This document shows positions 8,797-18,481 of a stretch of DNA of 64,000 nt, in pieces. The stretch lies in the IMG/VR virus record IMGVR_UViG_3300046736_000122, positions 1 through 64,000 of that record; one strand, given 5' to 3'. The notes under the pieces are model-generated. The model did no database searches. It worked only from the letters and a program-made list of their open reading frames with translations, and was not told where the DNA came from. Source of the DNA: a virus. Position 1 is the stretch's first letter. Each line of letters starts with the position of its first letter. Position numbers and translations under genes: made by a program.

Positions 8797-9488
8797 GGGA
8801 GTACTTCAACCCCGCGATTGGCCGCTGGTTTGTGCAACTCGAAGACGGCTCGTGGGACTATCGCTACCGCGTCGTCATGGCGCAGCACCTGGGCCGCCCG
8901 CTGCGCACCGACGAGCACGTTCACCACGTCAACAGGATCAAGACGGACGATCGGTTGGAGAACCTCGCGATCAAGACGCCGGCTGAGCATGCAGAGATCC
9001 ACGCTGCCGAGCGCCTCGCCGGACGCAAGGCGAAGTGGCTTCACGATTGGTCGCCAAAGCACGCTGCTTGCGCTGAATGCGGCACGACCGAGCGCGAACA
9101 TGTTGGCAAGGGCTTGTGCAACCGCTGCTACTTCACGCTACGGAAACGGATCACGGGCGGTCACCAGCCACGGAGGCCAGCGGAGATCATCGTTAGGCTT
9201 TGCCCGACCTGCGGCGAGGAGTTCTCGCGCACGCGAGGCGATGGCGTCCACACGTACTGCTCTCGGTCTTGCGCGGGACGATCGCGCGGAACGAGTAGGG
9301 CGAAGCCCGCGCGGCGAGTGCCGAAGCTCACAGTTGAGCAGGTTGCCTACATTCGCGAGTCGACGGAGCGTGGTGTAGACCTGGCCACGCGCTTCGGGAT
9401 AAGCCAGCAGTACGTCTGCAACATCCGTAAGGGTCGCGTGGCGGTGTCGCTTGAAGCGCAACAGGAGACAGGAGCCGCGAATGACTGA
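8793..9488 (+). CDS. HNH homing endonuclease with Zn ribbons and C-terminal HTH
   Basis: LGRPLRTDEHVHHVNRIKTDDRLENL; CxxC..YCSRSC; LATRFGISQQYV. Confidence 0.85.
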   Translation: MREYFNPAIGRWFVQLEDGSWDYRYRVVMAQHLGRPLRTDEHVHHVNRIKTDDRLENLAIKTPAEHAEIHAAERLAGRKAKWLHDWSPKHAACAECGTTEREHVGKGLCNRCYFTLRKRITGGHQPRRPAEIIVRLCPTCGEEFSRTRGDGVHTYCSRSCAGRSRGTSRAKPARRVPKLTVEQVAYIRESTERGVDLATRFGISQQYVCNIRKGRVAVSLEAQQETGAAND

Positions 9489-9789
9489 TCGTGAATGGGT
9501 GGTGCTCGGCGCCATGAACATCGCGGCAACGCAGTGGCGTCGTCCTGGCCGTGACTTCGAGGCGACGGCCGAGCAGGTCGCAGAAACGCTACGCACCGAC
9601 GAGCAGTTTGCGTGCTACCGGCCCATCATCGAGAGCGACGGTGGATGGCCGCTGACTGCCCGCCAGGTCGGCGCCACCATTGGGGCGCTCGCGAACGCTG
9701 AGCGCGTCCATTTCGGTGCGCTGGTAAGCCGTGTCGACGCGCGGCGCTGGCGCCTGACAAGCATGGGCGCGCGGGTACTGGGCGCATGA
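9481..9789 (+). CDS. hypothetical protein (possible wHTH)
   Basis: GGAG SD, coupled. Confidence 0.55.
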   Translation: MTDREWVVLGAMNIAATQWRRPGRDFEATAEQVAETLRTDEQFACYRPIIESDGGWPLTARQVGATIGALANAERVHFGALVSRVDARRWRLTSMGARVLGA

Positions 9790-10364
9790 TCGACCTTCGT
9801 TTCAACGCTTTGGCTGCGTGGCCTCACGGCAACACATGGGATCGCCGGTCGGAGTGGACGTTCAAGGCGTCATGGCAGAACACGCTCGACCTCTTGGACC
9901 GTGAGTTGCGGCTACTCGATGCCGCAAACGTCATCCTTGGCGTGAACCTGCGGCCCGGAGACATCCGGTTGGATGGGTGGCCTCGAAGCAACGCGGCTCG
10001 GCCGCTTCATCCGGGCGTGGAGTTGAGCTTCGACAGCCGCGCGATCGCCAAGCTCGACCCGATGGTGCGGCGCGGTTTGGCGCTCGTGCGCGAGGCCGGT
10101 GGGGACTGGGGCAAGGCGCGCAAGGCTGCTCACCCTGACAACGGTGGCGAGCACCTGGACTTCGTAGCGATCCAGGCCGCGGCAGACCCGGCGAAACGTC
10201 TCGTTTATGCGACGGATGCGTGCGAGCACTGGCAGCATAACGTCCGGTCGATCGCACTCGGCCTCGAAGCCTTGCGGGCCGTCGACCGGTACGGCATCTC
10301 GCGGCGCGGGGAGCAGTATGCGGGCTTTCGTGCCGCGCTCACATCGGGCGGTGCGCGGCCATGA
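9786..10364 (+). CDS. phage protein with J-domain-like HPD motif
   Basis: NVRSIALGLEALRAVDRYG...YAGF and KAAHPDNGG. Confidence 0.65.
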   Translation: MIDLRFNALAAWPHGNTWDRRSEWTFKASWQNTLDLLDRELRLLDAANVILGVNLRPGDIRLDGWPRSNAARPLHPGVELSFDSRAIAKLDPMVRRGLALVREAGGDWGKARKAAHPDNGGEHLDFVAIQAAADPAKRLVYATDACEHWQHNVRSIALGLEALRAVDRYGISRRGEQYAGFRAALTSGGARP

Positions 10365-10735
10365 CCGATCTTGGACCCCTGCTGGCCGCGGTAACCGACG
10401 AGTGGGAGCGCGGCAAGACGATCGCGGCGCGTGCCGGCATGGACAGTCGAACGGCAGGGCCGCGGCTCGCCGCGCTTGAGCGCGGCGGGTTCGTCAAGTC
10501 GAAGGGCACGCCGTGGGATGGGCCCGATCGTGGCGTCAAGTTGTACCGCCGCGGCCCGAACGCGCCGCCGCTCATCGTGCCGCCAACCGCCGAGCAGATC
10601 CTTGACGATGGTCTGCGCGGCAAGCTTCTTGCCATTGAGCTACACGACGCAACGGGCGACCCGTTCGACGCCGGGTTCATGGAATGCTGGCGCGAGATCA
10701 GCGCGTGGCTTGACGCTGCGAGGCCGCGGCCATGA
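10361..10735 (+). CDS. putative winged-HTH protein
   Basis: KTIAARAGMDSRTAGPRLAALERGGFV. Confidence 0.6.
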   Translation: MTDLGPLLAAVTDEWERGKTIAARAGMDSRTAGPRLAALERGGFVKSKGTPWDGPDRGVKLYRRGPNAPPLIVPPTAEQILDDGLRGKLLAIELHDATGDPFDAGFMECWREISAWLDAARPRP

Positions 10736-10920
10736 CCCCCGGCCCGTCACCAGCACTGGCCGCGCTCAACGCGGAGAAGGCACGTGAGAAAGCCAAGAGC
10801 CGCGCACTACAGGCCGCGGCGAAGGAGCATGCGGCCCGCGAGCTCGTCGAGCTTCGCGGCGAACAGGCGCGATTGAGGCGCGAGGCTGCTGAGCGCCGCG
10901 CCGCGAGGGCTGCGCTGTGA
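10732..10920 (+). CDS. small coiled-coil protein
   Basis: coupled ORF. Confidence 0.5.
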   Translation: MTPGPSPALAALNAEKAREKAKSRALQAAAKEHAARELVELRGEQARLRREAAERRAARAAL

Positions 10921-11159
10921 CCGTCGTCCAGATCCCGGCCGCGGACTGCTTGCGTCACCTGCACGCCATCGCGGCGCGGCACGAACTCACCGTCATTATG
11001 GCGCACTTCGAACCCAGTAGCGCCTCACCGTACCGCTGGCGGCTGACGGTTTCGGGCCGCGGCGGCATCGTCTACAGCGTGGCGATGGAGCGCGCCGGTG
11101 AGATGCCGGAGGCGGTCTACGCCGCGTGGCAGGCGTTCGTCAGCGGGGGCGTCACGTGA
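10917..11159 (+). CDS. hypothetical protein
   Basis: coupled ORF. Confidence 0.5.
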   Translation: MTVVQIPAADCLRHLHAIAARHELTVIMAHFEPSSASPYRWRLTVSGRGGIVYSVAMERAGEMPEAVYAAWQAFVSGGVT

Positions 11160-11635
11160 AGCGCTCCGGGCTAAAGGCCGACCCGGCGAAGACGGCCGCG
11201 TTCGTGAAGCGTGGCCGCGGCAAGCTCAAGCGCACATCCCTGCCGCGCACCGTCGCGCTGAACAACCCGCCGCCACGGCGCTCTGAGCTACCGGGCGCGC
11301 GCGGCTGGACGCAGCGGGTGTTCACGCTCTACGGCCGCGTCTGCGTCGTCTGCGGCGATCGAGCGACCGAAGCTCATCACGTGGTCCCTCGCCACGTCGT
11401 GCTGTCCGCGCGCCATCTCAGCCTCGCGGAGCGCGAGGCTCTCGCCTACGATGCACGCAATGGAGCGCCTGTCTGCGGGCTCGGCACGCGCCATTCTTGC
11501 CACGCCAACCACGAAGCCGCGTCGCACCGGATCCCGTTCGACCGGTTGCCCGCGGGCGCTGTGGAGTGGGCGATCGAGCATGGCTTTCGGTCGCGCGTGA
11601 TGGATCGTCGCGTCTACCCTCGGCAGGCGTCGTGA
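11156..11635 (+). CDS. HNH endonuclease-like protein
   Basis: CVVCG..EAHHVVP..NGAPVC..CHANH. Confidence 0.7.
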   Translation: MKRSGLKADPAKTAAFVKRGRGKLKRTSLPRTVALNNPPPRRSELPGARGWTQRVFTLYGRVCVVCGDRATEAHHVVPRHVVLSARHLSLAEREALAYDARNGAPVCGLGTRHSCHANHEAASHRIPFDRLPAGAVEWAIEHGFRSRVMDRRVYPRQAS

Positions 11636-12303
11636 GCCGCGCCGACCTCGCGATCCTCGTGCGCGCGGGAAGCCACGCGTACGGCACTGCCCGGCCCGAC
11701 TCCGACGATGACTACCGCGGCGTGTACCTCGCGCCCACCGTCGACCTGTACCGGCTGCGACGGCCTGCGGAAAGCTTCGACCGTCGGGACCCCGACGTCA
11801 CGCTGTACGAGCTCGGGAAGTTCGCGACGCTTGCCGCCGCGGCCAACCCGACGGTGCTGGAGATCTTGTGGGCCGAGCCGCTGCACATCTCGCCAGCCGG
11901 GGTGATCCTTCGACTTCACCGCGACGTGTTCCTGAGCCGCCGCGCGCTGAAGACGTACGGCGGCTACGCGCGCCAGCAGTTGAGCAAGGCGACCAAGGGC
12001 ATCGGTGGCTCGCGTGGCTCGGGGCATTCCCGCCGTGAGAAGTTCTTGCTGCACACGATCCGGCTTGCGGAGGCCGGGCTGCATCTGTTGCGTACGGGCG
12101 AGGTTCAGGTGCGCGTCCCGGACCCGGTCGGGCTCTGGGAGCGTGCGAACCGCGGCTTGGATGCCGTTGTGGCCGAGTTCGCGGACCTTGACGATCGCCT
12201 CGCGGCGGCGTCGGCATCGAGCCCGCTGCCGGAGCACCCCGACCTTGAGGCGATCGACCGGCTGCTGATCCTGTTGCGCCGAGACATCGGCGCGCGGCCA
12301 TGA
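11632..12303 (+). CDS. nucleotidyltransferase (Pol-beta superfamily, YcgL/RlaP-like)
   Basis: GSHAYGTARPDSDDDYRGVY; ANPTVLEILW; YGGYARQQL. Confidence 0.85.
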   Translation: MSRADLAILVRAGSHAYGTARPDSDDDYRGVYLAPTVDLYRLRRPAESFDRRDPDVTLYELGKFATLAAAANPTVLEILWAEPLHISPAGVILRLHRDVFLSRRALKTYGGYARQQLSKATKGIGGSRGSGHSRREKFLLHTIRLAEAGLHLLRTGEVQVRVPDPVGLWERANRGLDAVVAEFADLDDRLAAASASSPLPEHPDLEAIDRLLILLRRDIGARP

Positions 12304-12584
12304 AGCGCGTCGTGCTCCTCTGTACTCGCCCCGCGTGCGGCCACGGGCCCGGCCGTCACGAAGCGGGCGGCGCATGTCAGGACTGCGCGTGCACCGGCTT
12401 CACGCTCGAAGAGCAGGTGCGACTGACGCGTTGCTCGGAATGCAAGCGGCGGCCGTCACGCGGCTACGTGCCGCATGACCTTCGGCCGGGAGGCTGGGGC
12501 AACCATCGGGAGGGCTGCTCTCGCCGCGGGATGGCACCCGACGCACTTGAGCGCGAGTTGACATCGGGGCCGCGGCGATGCTGA
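12300..12584 (+). CDS. small Cys-rich hypothetical protein
   Basis: several CxxC motifs; coupled. Confidence 0.5.
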   Translation: MKRVVLLCTRPACGHGPGRHEAGGACQDCACTGFTLEEQVRLTRCSECKRRPSRGYVPHDLRPGGWGNHREGCSRRGMAPDALERELTSGPRRC

Positions 12585-12913
12585 GCCGTCCGCAGCCGCG
12601 CTGCCCTTCGTGCCGCTGGTTCCTCTCATTCGAGGCTATCGATCACTCATGGGTAGCCCGCTGCCAGAACAGGCCGGAAGCCTGCCCGGTCGATGTAGTG
12701 CCGCCGACGATCAACACGGCGCTCATCGAGTTCGTGCGCTCGACTGGCGACACGACGAGCGTTGCCGCGGCCGAGCACTTCGGCTGGAGCGTCCCGAACG
12801 CGGTCAACCACCTGACGAAGCTGACAGCGCTGCGGATTCTTGACCGCCGTCGCGTCAACCCGGTGCGCGGCGGCAAGCGGTTCGTGTGGACGATCGCGGG
12901 GCCACGGCGATGA
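12578..12913 (+). CDS. Zn-ribbon + winged-HTH protein
   Basis: CPSC..C; TSVAAAEHFGWSVPNAVNHLTKL. Confidence 0.55.
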   Translation: MLSRPQPRCPSCRWFLSFEAIDHSWVARCQNRPEACPVDVVPPTINTALIEFVRSTGDTTSVAAAEHFGWSVPNAVNHLTKLTALRILDRRRVNPVRGGKRFVWTIAGPRR

Positions 12914-13176
12914 GCGCCGCGCGCGACCCCGGCTCGATGCGAACCGCTGCGGCCGTGCTGCGCGTGCTCGGCGACCAGCGTGACCAGCGCACGAACAACT
13001 CGATCGCGAAGCAGACCGGCCTTCACGCCGACCTGACGGCTGGCGCGCTGCGATCCCTCCGCGGGCAAGGTCTCGTCGACAGTGCCGATCCGATGGAGCG
13101 CGGCGATTACTTGTTGTGGTGGGCGACGCCGCTCGGCGTGTACTGCCGCGAGCTACTTGAGGCGGCGCCGCCATGA
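12910..13176 (+). CDS. putative winged-HTH protein
   Basis: NSIAKQTGLHADLTAGALRSLRGQGLV. Confidence 0.55.
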   Translation: MSAARDPGSMRTAAAVLRVLGDQRDQRTNNSIAKQTGLHADLTAGALRSLRGQGLVDSADPMERGDYLLWWATPLGVYCRELLEAAPP

Positions 13177-13697
13177 GTCTCGCGCTCGACATCGGCGATC
13201 GTGGCGCGGACATCTCGCCGTGCGGCCGGTACCGCTACACCCTCTGGCGGCGATGGGACATCGACCGGCCGATGGTGCTGTGGATCATGCTCAACCCGTC
13301 AACCGCGGACGCGACGGACGACGATCGCACCGTGGGCCGCTGTATCGACTTCGCGCGGCGCTGGGACATGGGCGGCATCCGCGTCTGCAACCTGTACCCG
13401 TGGCGGGCGACCTACCCGAAGGATCTACCGAGCGGCCAAGAGGTCGGCGGCGCGCACACCGGGATCCTGTCGAAGAACGATCACGCGATCTTGAGCGCGG
13501 CGAGCGACGCTGGCCGGATAATCGCCGCGTGGGGATCGAACGTCGGGCCATGGCCTATGCAGACCGCGCATGTCCGCGACCTGTTGCGCCACCGGCACGT
13601 TGAGGCGCTGCGCCTGACGAAGCATGGTCGGCCGTGGCATCCGTTGTACGTGCGCGGCGACGTGCAGCCCATCCCGTACTGGGAGCCGCGGCCATGA
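13173..13697 (+). CDS. DUF1643 family protein
   Basis: RYRYTLWRRW, WIMLNPSTAD, DDRT, NLY, AAWG, HPLY. Confidence 0.85.
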   Translation: MSLALDIGDRGADISPCGRYRYTLWRRWDIDRPMVLWIMLNPSTADATDDDRTVGRCIDFARRWDMGGIRVCNLYPWRATYPKDLPSGQEVGGAHTGILSKNDHAILSAASDAGRIIAAWGSNVGPWPMQTAHVRDLLRHRHVEALRLTKHGRPWHPLYVRGDVQPIPYWEPRP

Positions 13698-13963
13698 TCG
13701 ACGCGACGATCGCGATGCTGCGCGCCCGCCACGACGAACACGTAGCGCTCGTCGGAGTCGTCGCCGCACTGTTCTGCGATGACCTGCCCGCTGCCGTCAC
13801 GCGGCTCGAGAACTGCCGCGATGCCGCCCGTGAGCACGCGAGGACGCTCAACTATCGGCACGACCGCCACGCGATTGCGATTGCGCGCAGTGTCGCGTCC
13901 GCGGCCGAAGAGCTGCTTCCCGGTGTGCGTCAACTCGCCGCGCGTGTGGAGCCGCGCCGATGA
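13694..13963 (+). CDS. hypothetical protein
   Basis: coupled ORF. Confidence 0.5.
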   Translation: MIDATIAMLRARHDEHVALVGVVAALFCDDLPAAVTRLENCRDAAREHARTLNYRHDRHAIAIARSVASAAEELLPGVRQLAARVEPRR

Positions 13964-14184
13964 TCGTGCTGCAGATCGACGGTGGCGCCGATGCCGAGGT
14001 TGTGCTGACTCAAGTCAAGTTCGCGGCCAAACGGTTCCCCGGCCGCCACCGGCTGAAGCTCGTCGTGGCGATGGCGAACGGTGAGGAGCGCCGCGTCACC
14101 TTCGGATGGGACTGGCGGTATGACGCTTCGCCGGCTTGCCTTGCTGCGCTGGCCGAGTTTGGCCGCGCGGGAGTCGAGGACTGA
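13960..14184 (+). CDS. hypothetical protein
   Basis: coupled ORF. Confidence 0.5.
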   Translation: MIVLQIDGGADAEVVLTQVKFAAKRFPGRHRLKLVVAMANGEERRVTFGWDWRYDASPACLAALAEFGRAGVED

Positions 14185-14528
14185 TGACCGCGCTCGACGA
14201 CCTCGTCGCGGCCATCCGCGCACACCGCTTCGCCTACGTCGACGAGGACGAACTGCAGCAGGGCCTCGCCGCCGTCCTCGCACCGTTCGGTGTCGCGCGC
14301 GAGGTCCGGCTCGACTCCCGTTGCCGCATCGACCTGCTCGCCGGCCGCGTCGGTATCGAGGTGAAGGTCGGCGGCAGCGCGGCAGCCCTGCTCCGCCAGG
14401 TCGACCGCTACGCCGGGCTCGACACGCTCGACGCCATCGTGGTCGTCACGAGCCGCGTGCGTCACCTTCAGCCGGTCGACGAGGCCAACGGCAAGCCCGT
14501 GCGTTGGATCACCGTGGGGGCGCTGTGA
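14184..14528 (+). CDS. small PD-(D/E)XK nuclease
   Basis: E..LQ..REVRL..RIDLL..GIEVK..QVDRY. Confidence 0.7.
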   Translation: MTALDDLVAAIRAHRFAYVDEDELQQGLAAVLAPFGVAREVRLDSRCRIDLLAGRVGIEVKVGGSAAALLRQVDRYAGLDTLDAIVVVTSRVRHLQPVDEANGKPVRWITVGAL

Positions 14529-16321
14529 GGACGTACGGCGAGATCCGCTACCGCGCGGCATCTGGCGGCCCAGACGGTCAGCGCGCGGCGTGGCAGATTA
14601 TCGCGAGCCCCGATGTCCTCATGCGTCTCAAGCGGCTGTTCCCGCGCGCCGAAAAACGCCGCTCGGGATGGATCACGCTGGAGCACACGCTCGAGGTCGC
14701 TCGTGATCTCGAATGGGTGCTGCAGCGCTGGCCGATGAAGGTCGCCGACGAGGACCGTGCACGGCTCGTGACCTCGACCGCGGAGTACGTCGAGCGCCAA
14801 GACCTCGTCGAGTCGCTGCTGCGCGGCGACCGGCCGCACCTGCCCGGTGTGCTGACGCCCGCGCGCGAGCCCCGCGAGTACCAACTCATCGCGGCCGACC
14901 TGACGCTCGCGACCGGCCGCCTACTGCTCTGCGACGAGCTCGGGCTTGGCAAGACGATGAGCGGCCTGCTCGCGTTGCGTGACCCTGACCTGTTGCCGGC
15001 GCTCGTCGTCTGCCCGACGCATCTGCCGCAGCACTGGATGCGCGAGCTTGCGAAGACACTGCCGACGTTGCGCGCGCACATCATCCGGACCGGCAAGCCG
15101 TACGACCCCGCGAAGCGCCGCGAGATGAAGGGCCACGATCCCGACGTGCTCATCATCAACTACCACAAGCTGCGCGGCTGGGTGGACCATCTCGCCGGCC
15201 TCGTGAAAACGGTGATCTTCGACGAGGCGCAGGAGCTGCGCCGCGCCGATAGCGACAAGTACAAGGCGGCGGCCCGTGTCGCCGATCTCGCGCACGTCCG
15301 GATGGGGTTGACAGCCACGCCGATCTACAACTACGCGTCCGAGATTCACAACGTGCTCGCCGTCATCGCTCCCGACGCGCTCGGGTCACGCGAGGAGTTC
15401 GCGCGCGAATGGGGCGGCTCGACGTACTGGACGGACAAGCTCACCGTGAAGGATCCGAAGGCGCTCGGCGCGCACCTACGCTCCGAAGGCGTGTTCCTGC
15501 GCCGCACCCGCGTTGAGGTTGGCCGCGAGCTCCCGGAGATCGTTCGTGTGCCGCACAACGTGGACGCCGACGAGGATGAACTCGACCGGTTGCTCGCCGC
15601 CGGTGGCGCTGCGGCGCTCGCGGAAACGATCCTCCACTCGCAGGACCGCAAGGCGGTGTTCACGGCGTCGGGCGAGATCGACATGCAGATGCGCCGCGCG
15701 ACCGGTGTAGCGAAAGCACCCTACGTCGCGGCGTTCGTAGACCTCCTGTTGGAGAGCGAGCAGAAGGTCGTGCTGTTCGGCTGGCATCGCGACGTCTACA
15801 CGATCTGGGGGACACGGCTCGCCGCGCACAACCCGGTCATGTTCACGGGCTCGGAGTCGTCGGCGCAGAAGGAACTCAACCGGGCACGATTCATCGGCGG
15901 CGAGGATCTCGAGCGCGCAGCCGCGGCTCACCAGCGTGGCTTCAAGGGCCGCTGGCGCGAGTTCGAGGATGCGACCGCCGAGAGCCGCGTCCTGATGATG
16001 AGCTTGCGCGCGGGCAGCGGCCTCGACGGGTTGCAGCAAGTCTGCAACGTCGGCGTGTTCGGCGAGCTTGACTGGTCACCGGGCGTTCACGATCAGTGCG
16101 AGGGCCGCTACCACCGCGACGGCCAGAGCGAGCCGAGCGTGTCGTACTTCCTCGTCAGCGACGTCGGCAGCGATCCCGTCGTCGCGGACGTGCTGAACCT
16201 GAAAGAGCAGGGCAGCCATCCAATCGTGGATCCGAACCGTGCGATGTTCGTCGCGGCGGATGTGAGCGACCGGATGCGCAAGCTCGCGGAGTCCGTGCTG
16301 AAGCGGCGGCGCGCGGCATGA
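14525..16321 (+). CDS. SNF2-family helicase
   Basis: DELGLGKT, IFDEAQ, LTATPIYN, SGLDGLQ, QCEGRYHRDGQ. Confidence 0.9.
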   Translation: MRTYGEIRYRAASGGPDGQRAAWQIIASPDVLMRLKRLFPRAEKRRSGWITLEHTLEVARDLEWVLQRWPMKVADEDRARLVTSTAEYVERQDLVESLLRGDRPHLPGVLTPAREPREYQLIAADLTLATGRLLLCDELGLGKTMSGLLALRDPDLLPALVVCPTHLPQHWMRELAKTLPTLRAHIIRTGKPYDPAKRREMKGHDPDVLIINYHKLRGWVDHLAGLVKTVIFDEAQELRRADSDKYKAAARVADLAHVRMGLTATPIYNYASEIHNVLAVIAPDALGSREEFAREWGGSTYWTDKLTVKDPKALGAHLRSEGVFLRRTRVEVGRELPEIVRVPHNVDADEDELDRLLAAGGAAALAETILHSQDRKAVFTASGEIDMQMRRATGVAKAPYVAAFVDLLLESEQKVVLFGWHRDVYTIWGTRLAAHNPVMFTGSESSAQKELNRARFIGGEDLERAAAAHQRGFKGRWREFEDATAESRVLMMSLRAGSGLDGLQQVCNVGVFGELDWSPGVHDQCEGRYHRDGQSEPSVSYFLVSDVGSDPVVADVLNLKEQGSHPIVDPNRAMFVAADVSDRMRKLAESVLKRRRAA

Positions 16322-16331
16322 GAAAGACGTT

Positions 16332-16370
16332 GCCCCCCGCTTGCCAGTGGCTTGCGGGGGGCTGTAGTCT
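16332..16370 (+). promoter_or_regulatory. promoter overlapped by an inverted repeat
   Basis: TTGCCA-N18-TAGTCT; GCCCCCCGC/GCGGGGGGC arms flank the -35. Confidence 0.5.
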
Positions 16371-16436
16371 CACGATCGACACTCGCGCGCTGCTCACGGC
16401 GCCGAGGCCACGACAACCCGAAAGGACGGTTTCAGG

Positions 16437-17135
16437 ATGCCGCAGGATCGTACCGTAGAAGACGGCGGCCACACATCGGCCGCGCTGTTGGCCGCGCGAA
16501 GCTATGGCGCGGCGCCGCAGGTCATCGGCACGTTCGACCTCGAATGGTCGGAGTACATGCACTACCTCTACCTGCCGGTTCAGATGCCGGGGCACGAGGG
16601 GGTGCGCCTGCCGCCGAACCTGGAGTTCTTGCGAGCGATCGTCGAGCAGATCGTTATCAACGAGGCTCACGACGACTACGTCTACGTGAGCGCCCGCCGG
16701 GGCTACGCGACACCCGGCAACCCGCTGAATCGGCCGGGCTGGCACGCGGACGGGTTCGGCACTCGCGACGTGAACTACATCTGGCATGATGGCGGCGCGA
16801 CGCTGTTCGCGGAGCACGACTTCGGCAGGGTCTCGCCGAACCATCTTGTGTCGATGCGGCAGTTCGCGGAGCGCGCTCGTGTGACGAACACCTACCCCGA
16901 TCGCACGCTCATGCGGCTCGACCCGTTCGTGGTCCACGCGGCACCGGACATCGCACCACCGGGAGGCGAGCGCGCGTTCGTCAAGATCAGCCTGTCGGAC
17001 TCGCGCTACAACCTGCGCGGCAACAGCCACAACCACGCGTTCGACTACGCGTGGCGGATGTGGGCGCGTGAGGAGATCCGCAACGATCCGAGCTACGCGG
17101 ACGGCGACGCTGGCCCGCAGGTCGCGCGGCCATGA
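16437..17135 (+). CDS. putative 2OG-Fe(II) dioxygenase-fold protein
   Basis: GWHADG (HxD), VVHAAP (distal H), ERAFVKIS (R). Confidence 0.55.
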   Translation: MPQDRTVEDGGHTSAALLAARSYGAAPQVIGTFDLEWSEYMHYLYLPVQMPGHEGVRLPPNLEFLRAIVEQIVINEAHDDYVYVSARRGYATPGNPLNRPGWHADGFGTRDVNYIWHDGGATLFAEHDFGRVSPNHLVSMRQFAERARVTNTYPDRTLMRLDPFVVHAAPDIAPPGGERAFVKISLSDSRYNLRGNSHNHAFDYAWRMWAREEIRNDPSYADGDAGPQVARP

Positions 17136-17335
17136 TCGGTTCCAAGGCACTCGCCCGCGTCACCCAACCCAACATCCTCGAAGTCGACCTAGAAGTGACC
17201 ACCGAGACGGGCCGCAAAGCCCGGATCACCATGGATCTGGACACCGGCATGCGGCTCGCTGATGAGCTGCATCGGTGTTGCTGGCGGCGGCCTGAGTCGT
17301 GGGGGAAAGCACCGGCCGCGGAGACAGCGCCATGA
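17132..17335 (+). CDS. hypothetical protein
   Basis: coupled ORF. Confidence 0.5.
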   Translation: MIGSKALARVTQPNILEVDLEVTTETGRKARITMDLDTGMRLADELHRCCWRRPESWGKAPAAETAP

Positions 17336-17943
17336 GCGACGACTACAAGGCGATGCTCACGAAGAGCCGCGAACGCTTCGAGCGCGACACAGCCAAGCAT
17401 GAGATGACGGTCCTGCACGACGACGGCGTCTACCGGCACTTGCGGATCCAGAGGCCTGGCTCGTGGACCTACGGCCACGACATCGTGACGTGGCCCGGCT
17501 ACCTCGCGATCACCGGGGACGCAGGGGACTACCTGTTCGCGCGCACCGCCGACATGTTCGAGTTCTTCGAGGGCGATGGCGGCAGGATCAACCCTGACTA
17601 CTGGGGCGAGAAGCTGCAGGGTCCCGGACACGACAAGCACCTCACCTACAGCGAGGACGCCTTCCGTCGCCGCGTGCGCGGGTGGCTGGACGGCAGGGAG
17701 GATTGCACTGGCGAGCCGCCGAGCCCGGATCTTGTGGCCGCCGTTGACGAACTTCTCCGTCGTGAGGCGTATAACGACCACGAGGCGCACCGCCTACTCG
17801 ATGAGTTCGAGTGCGGCGGCGTTCGCATCGACGACGCCTGGGAATGGTCGCTGAAGGACTATGACGGTCGCTTCCTGTGGTGCTGTTGGGCGATCGTGCG
17901 CGGCATTGAGCAGTACCGCGCCGTGGCGACGGTGACGGCATGA
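17332..17943 (+). CDS. conserved phage hypothetical protein
   Basis: HEMTVLHDDGVYRHL, TWPGYLAITGD, DMFEFF, INPDYWGEKL. Confidence 0.75.
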   Translation: MSDDYKAMLTKSRERFERDTAKHEMTVLHDDGVYRHLRIQRPGSWTYGHDIVTWPGYLAITGDAGDYLFARTADMFEFFEGDGGRINPDYWGEKLQGPGHDKHLTYSEDAFRRRVRGWLDGREDCTGEPPSPDLVAAVDELLRREAYNDHEAHRLLDEFECGGVRIDDAWEWSLKDYDGRFLWCCWAIVRGIEQYRAVATVTA

Positions 17944-18218
17944 GCACCATCGACATGGGCCACTCGCGCGTCGAGTACCGCGCGGCGGCCGCCGACCTCG
18001 CGAACGCTGAGTGCAGCGTCCCGGAGGATCACCCGCACCTAGAGGCGATCGACGCGCTACCACTCATCTCTCCACACGGCATCACGGCGAAGCTCAACGC
18101 GATGAGTCTCGACGGACTCGTGACGCTTTGGGACGGCGGCAACTGCTGGCCGAACGAATGGTCGCTGACCGACAAGGGCCGCGCAGCTATCGCGGCGGCT
18201 GACGGCACGCGACCATGA
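17940..18218 (+). CDS. hypothetical protein
   Basis: coupled ORF; WSLTDKG wing-like end. Confidence 0.55.
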   Translation: MSTIDMGHSRVEYRAAAADLANAECSVPEDHPHLEAIDALPLISPHGITAKLNAMSLDGLVTLWDGGNCWPNEWSLTDKGRAAIAAADGTRP

Positions 18219-18329
18219 GGCAGCTTGGATGGTGGCTCATGGGCTTACCGACCGGCCTGCGTGAGCCGTCGCCGTTCCTGCTGCGATGGGGTCCGTACCG
18301 GTGGGGTGCGTACCTCGCGAACCTGAGAT

Positions 18330-18368
18330 GGACCCGGCCGTGAAACGAGGGACCCGGCCGTGAAACGA
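18330..18368. repeat. direct tandem repeat GGACCCGGCCGTGAAACGA x2
   Basis: 18330-18348 is identical to 18350-18368. Confidence 0.9.
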
Positions 18369-18481
18369 AACGCGCCCCGCACGGCCCGAAGGCTCGACGG
18401 GGCGCGTATGCTGTGCGATTACGAGGCCGCGCGAGGGATGGTACCTCGTCGCGGAGACAGACGCGACGAAAGGACCCCAGC

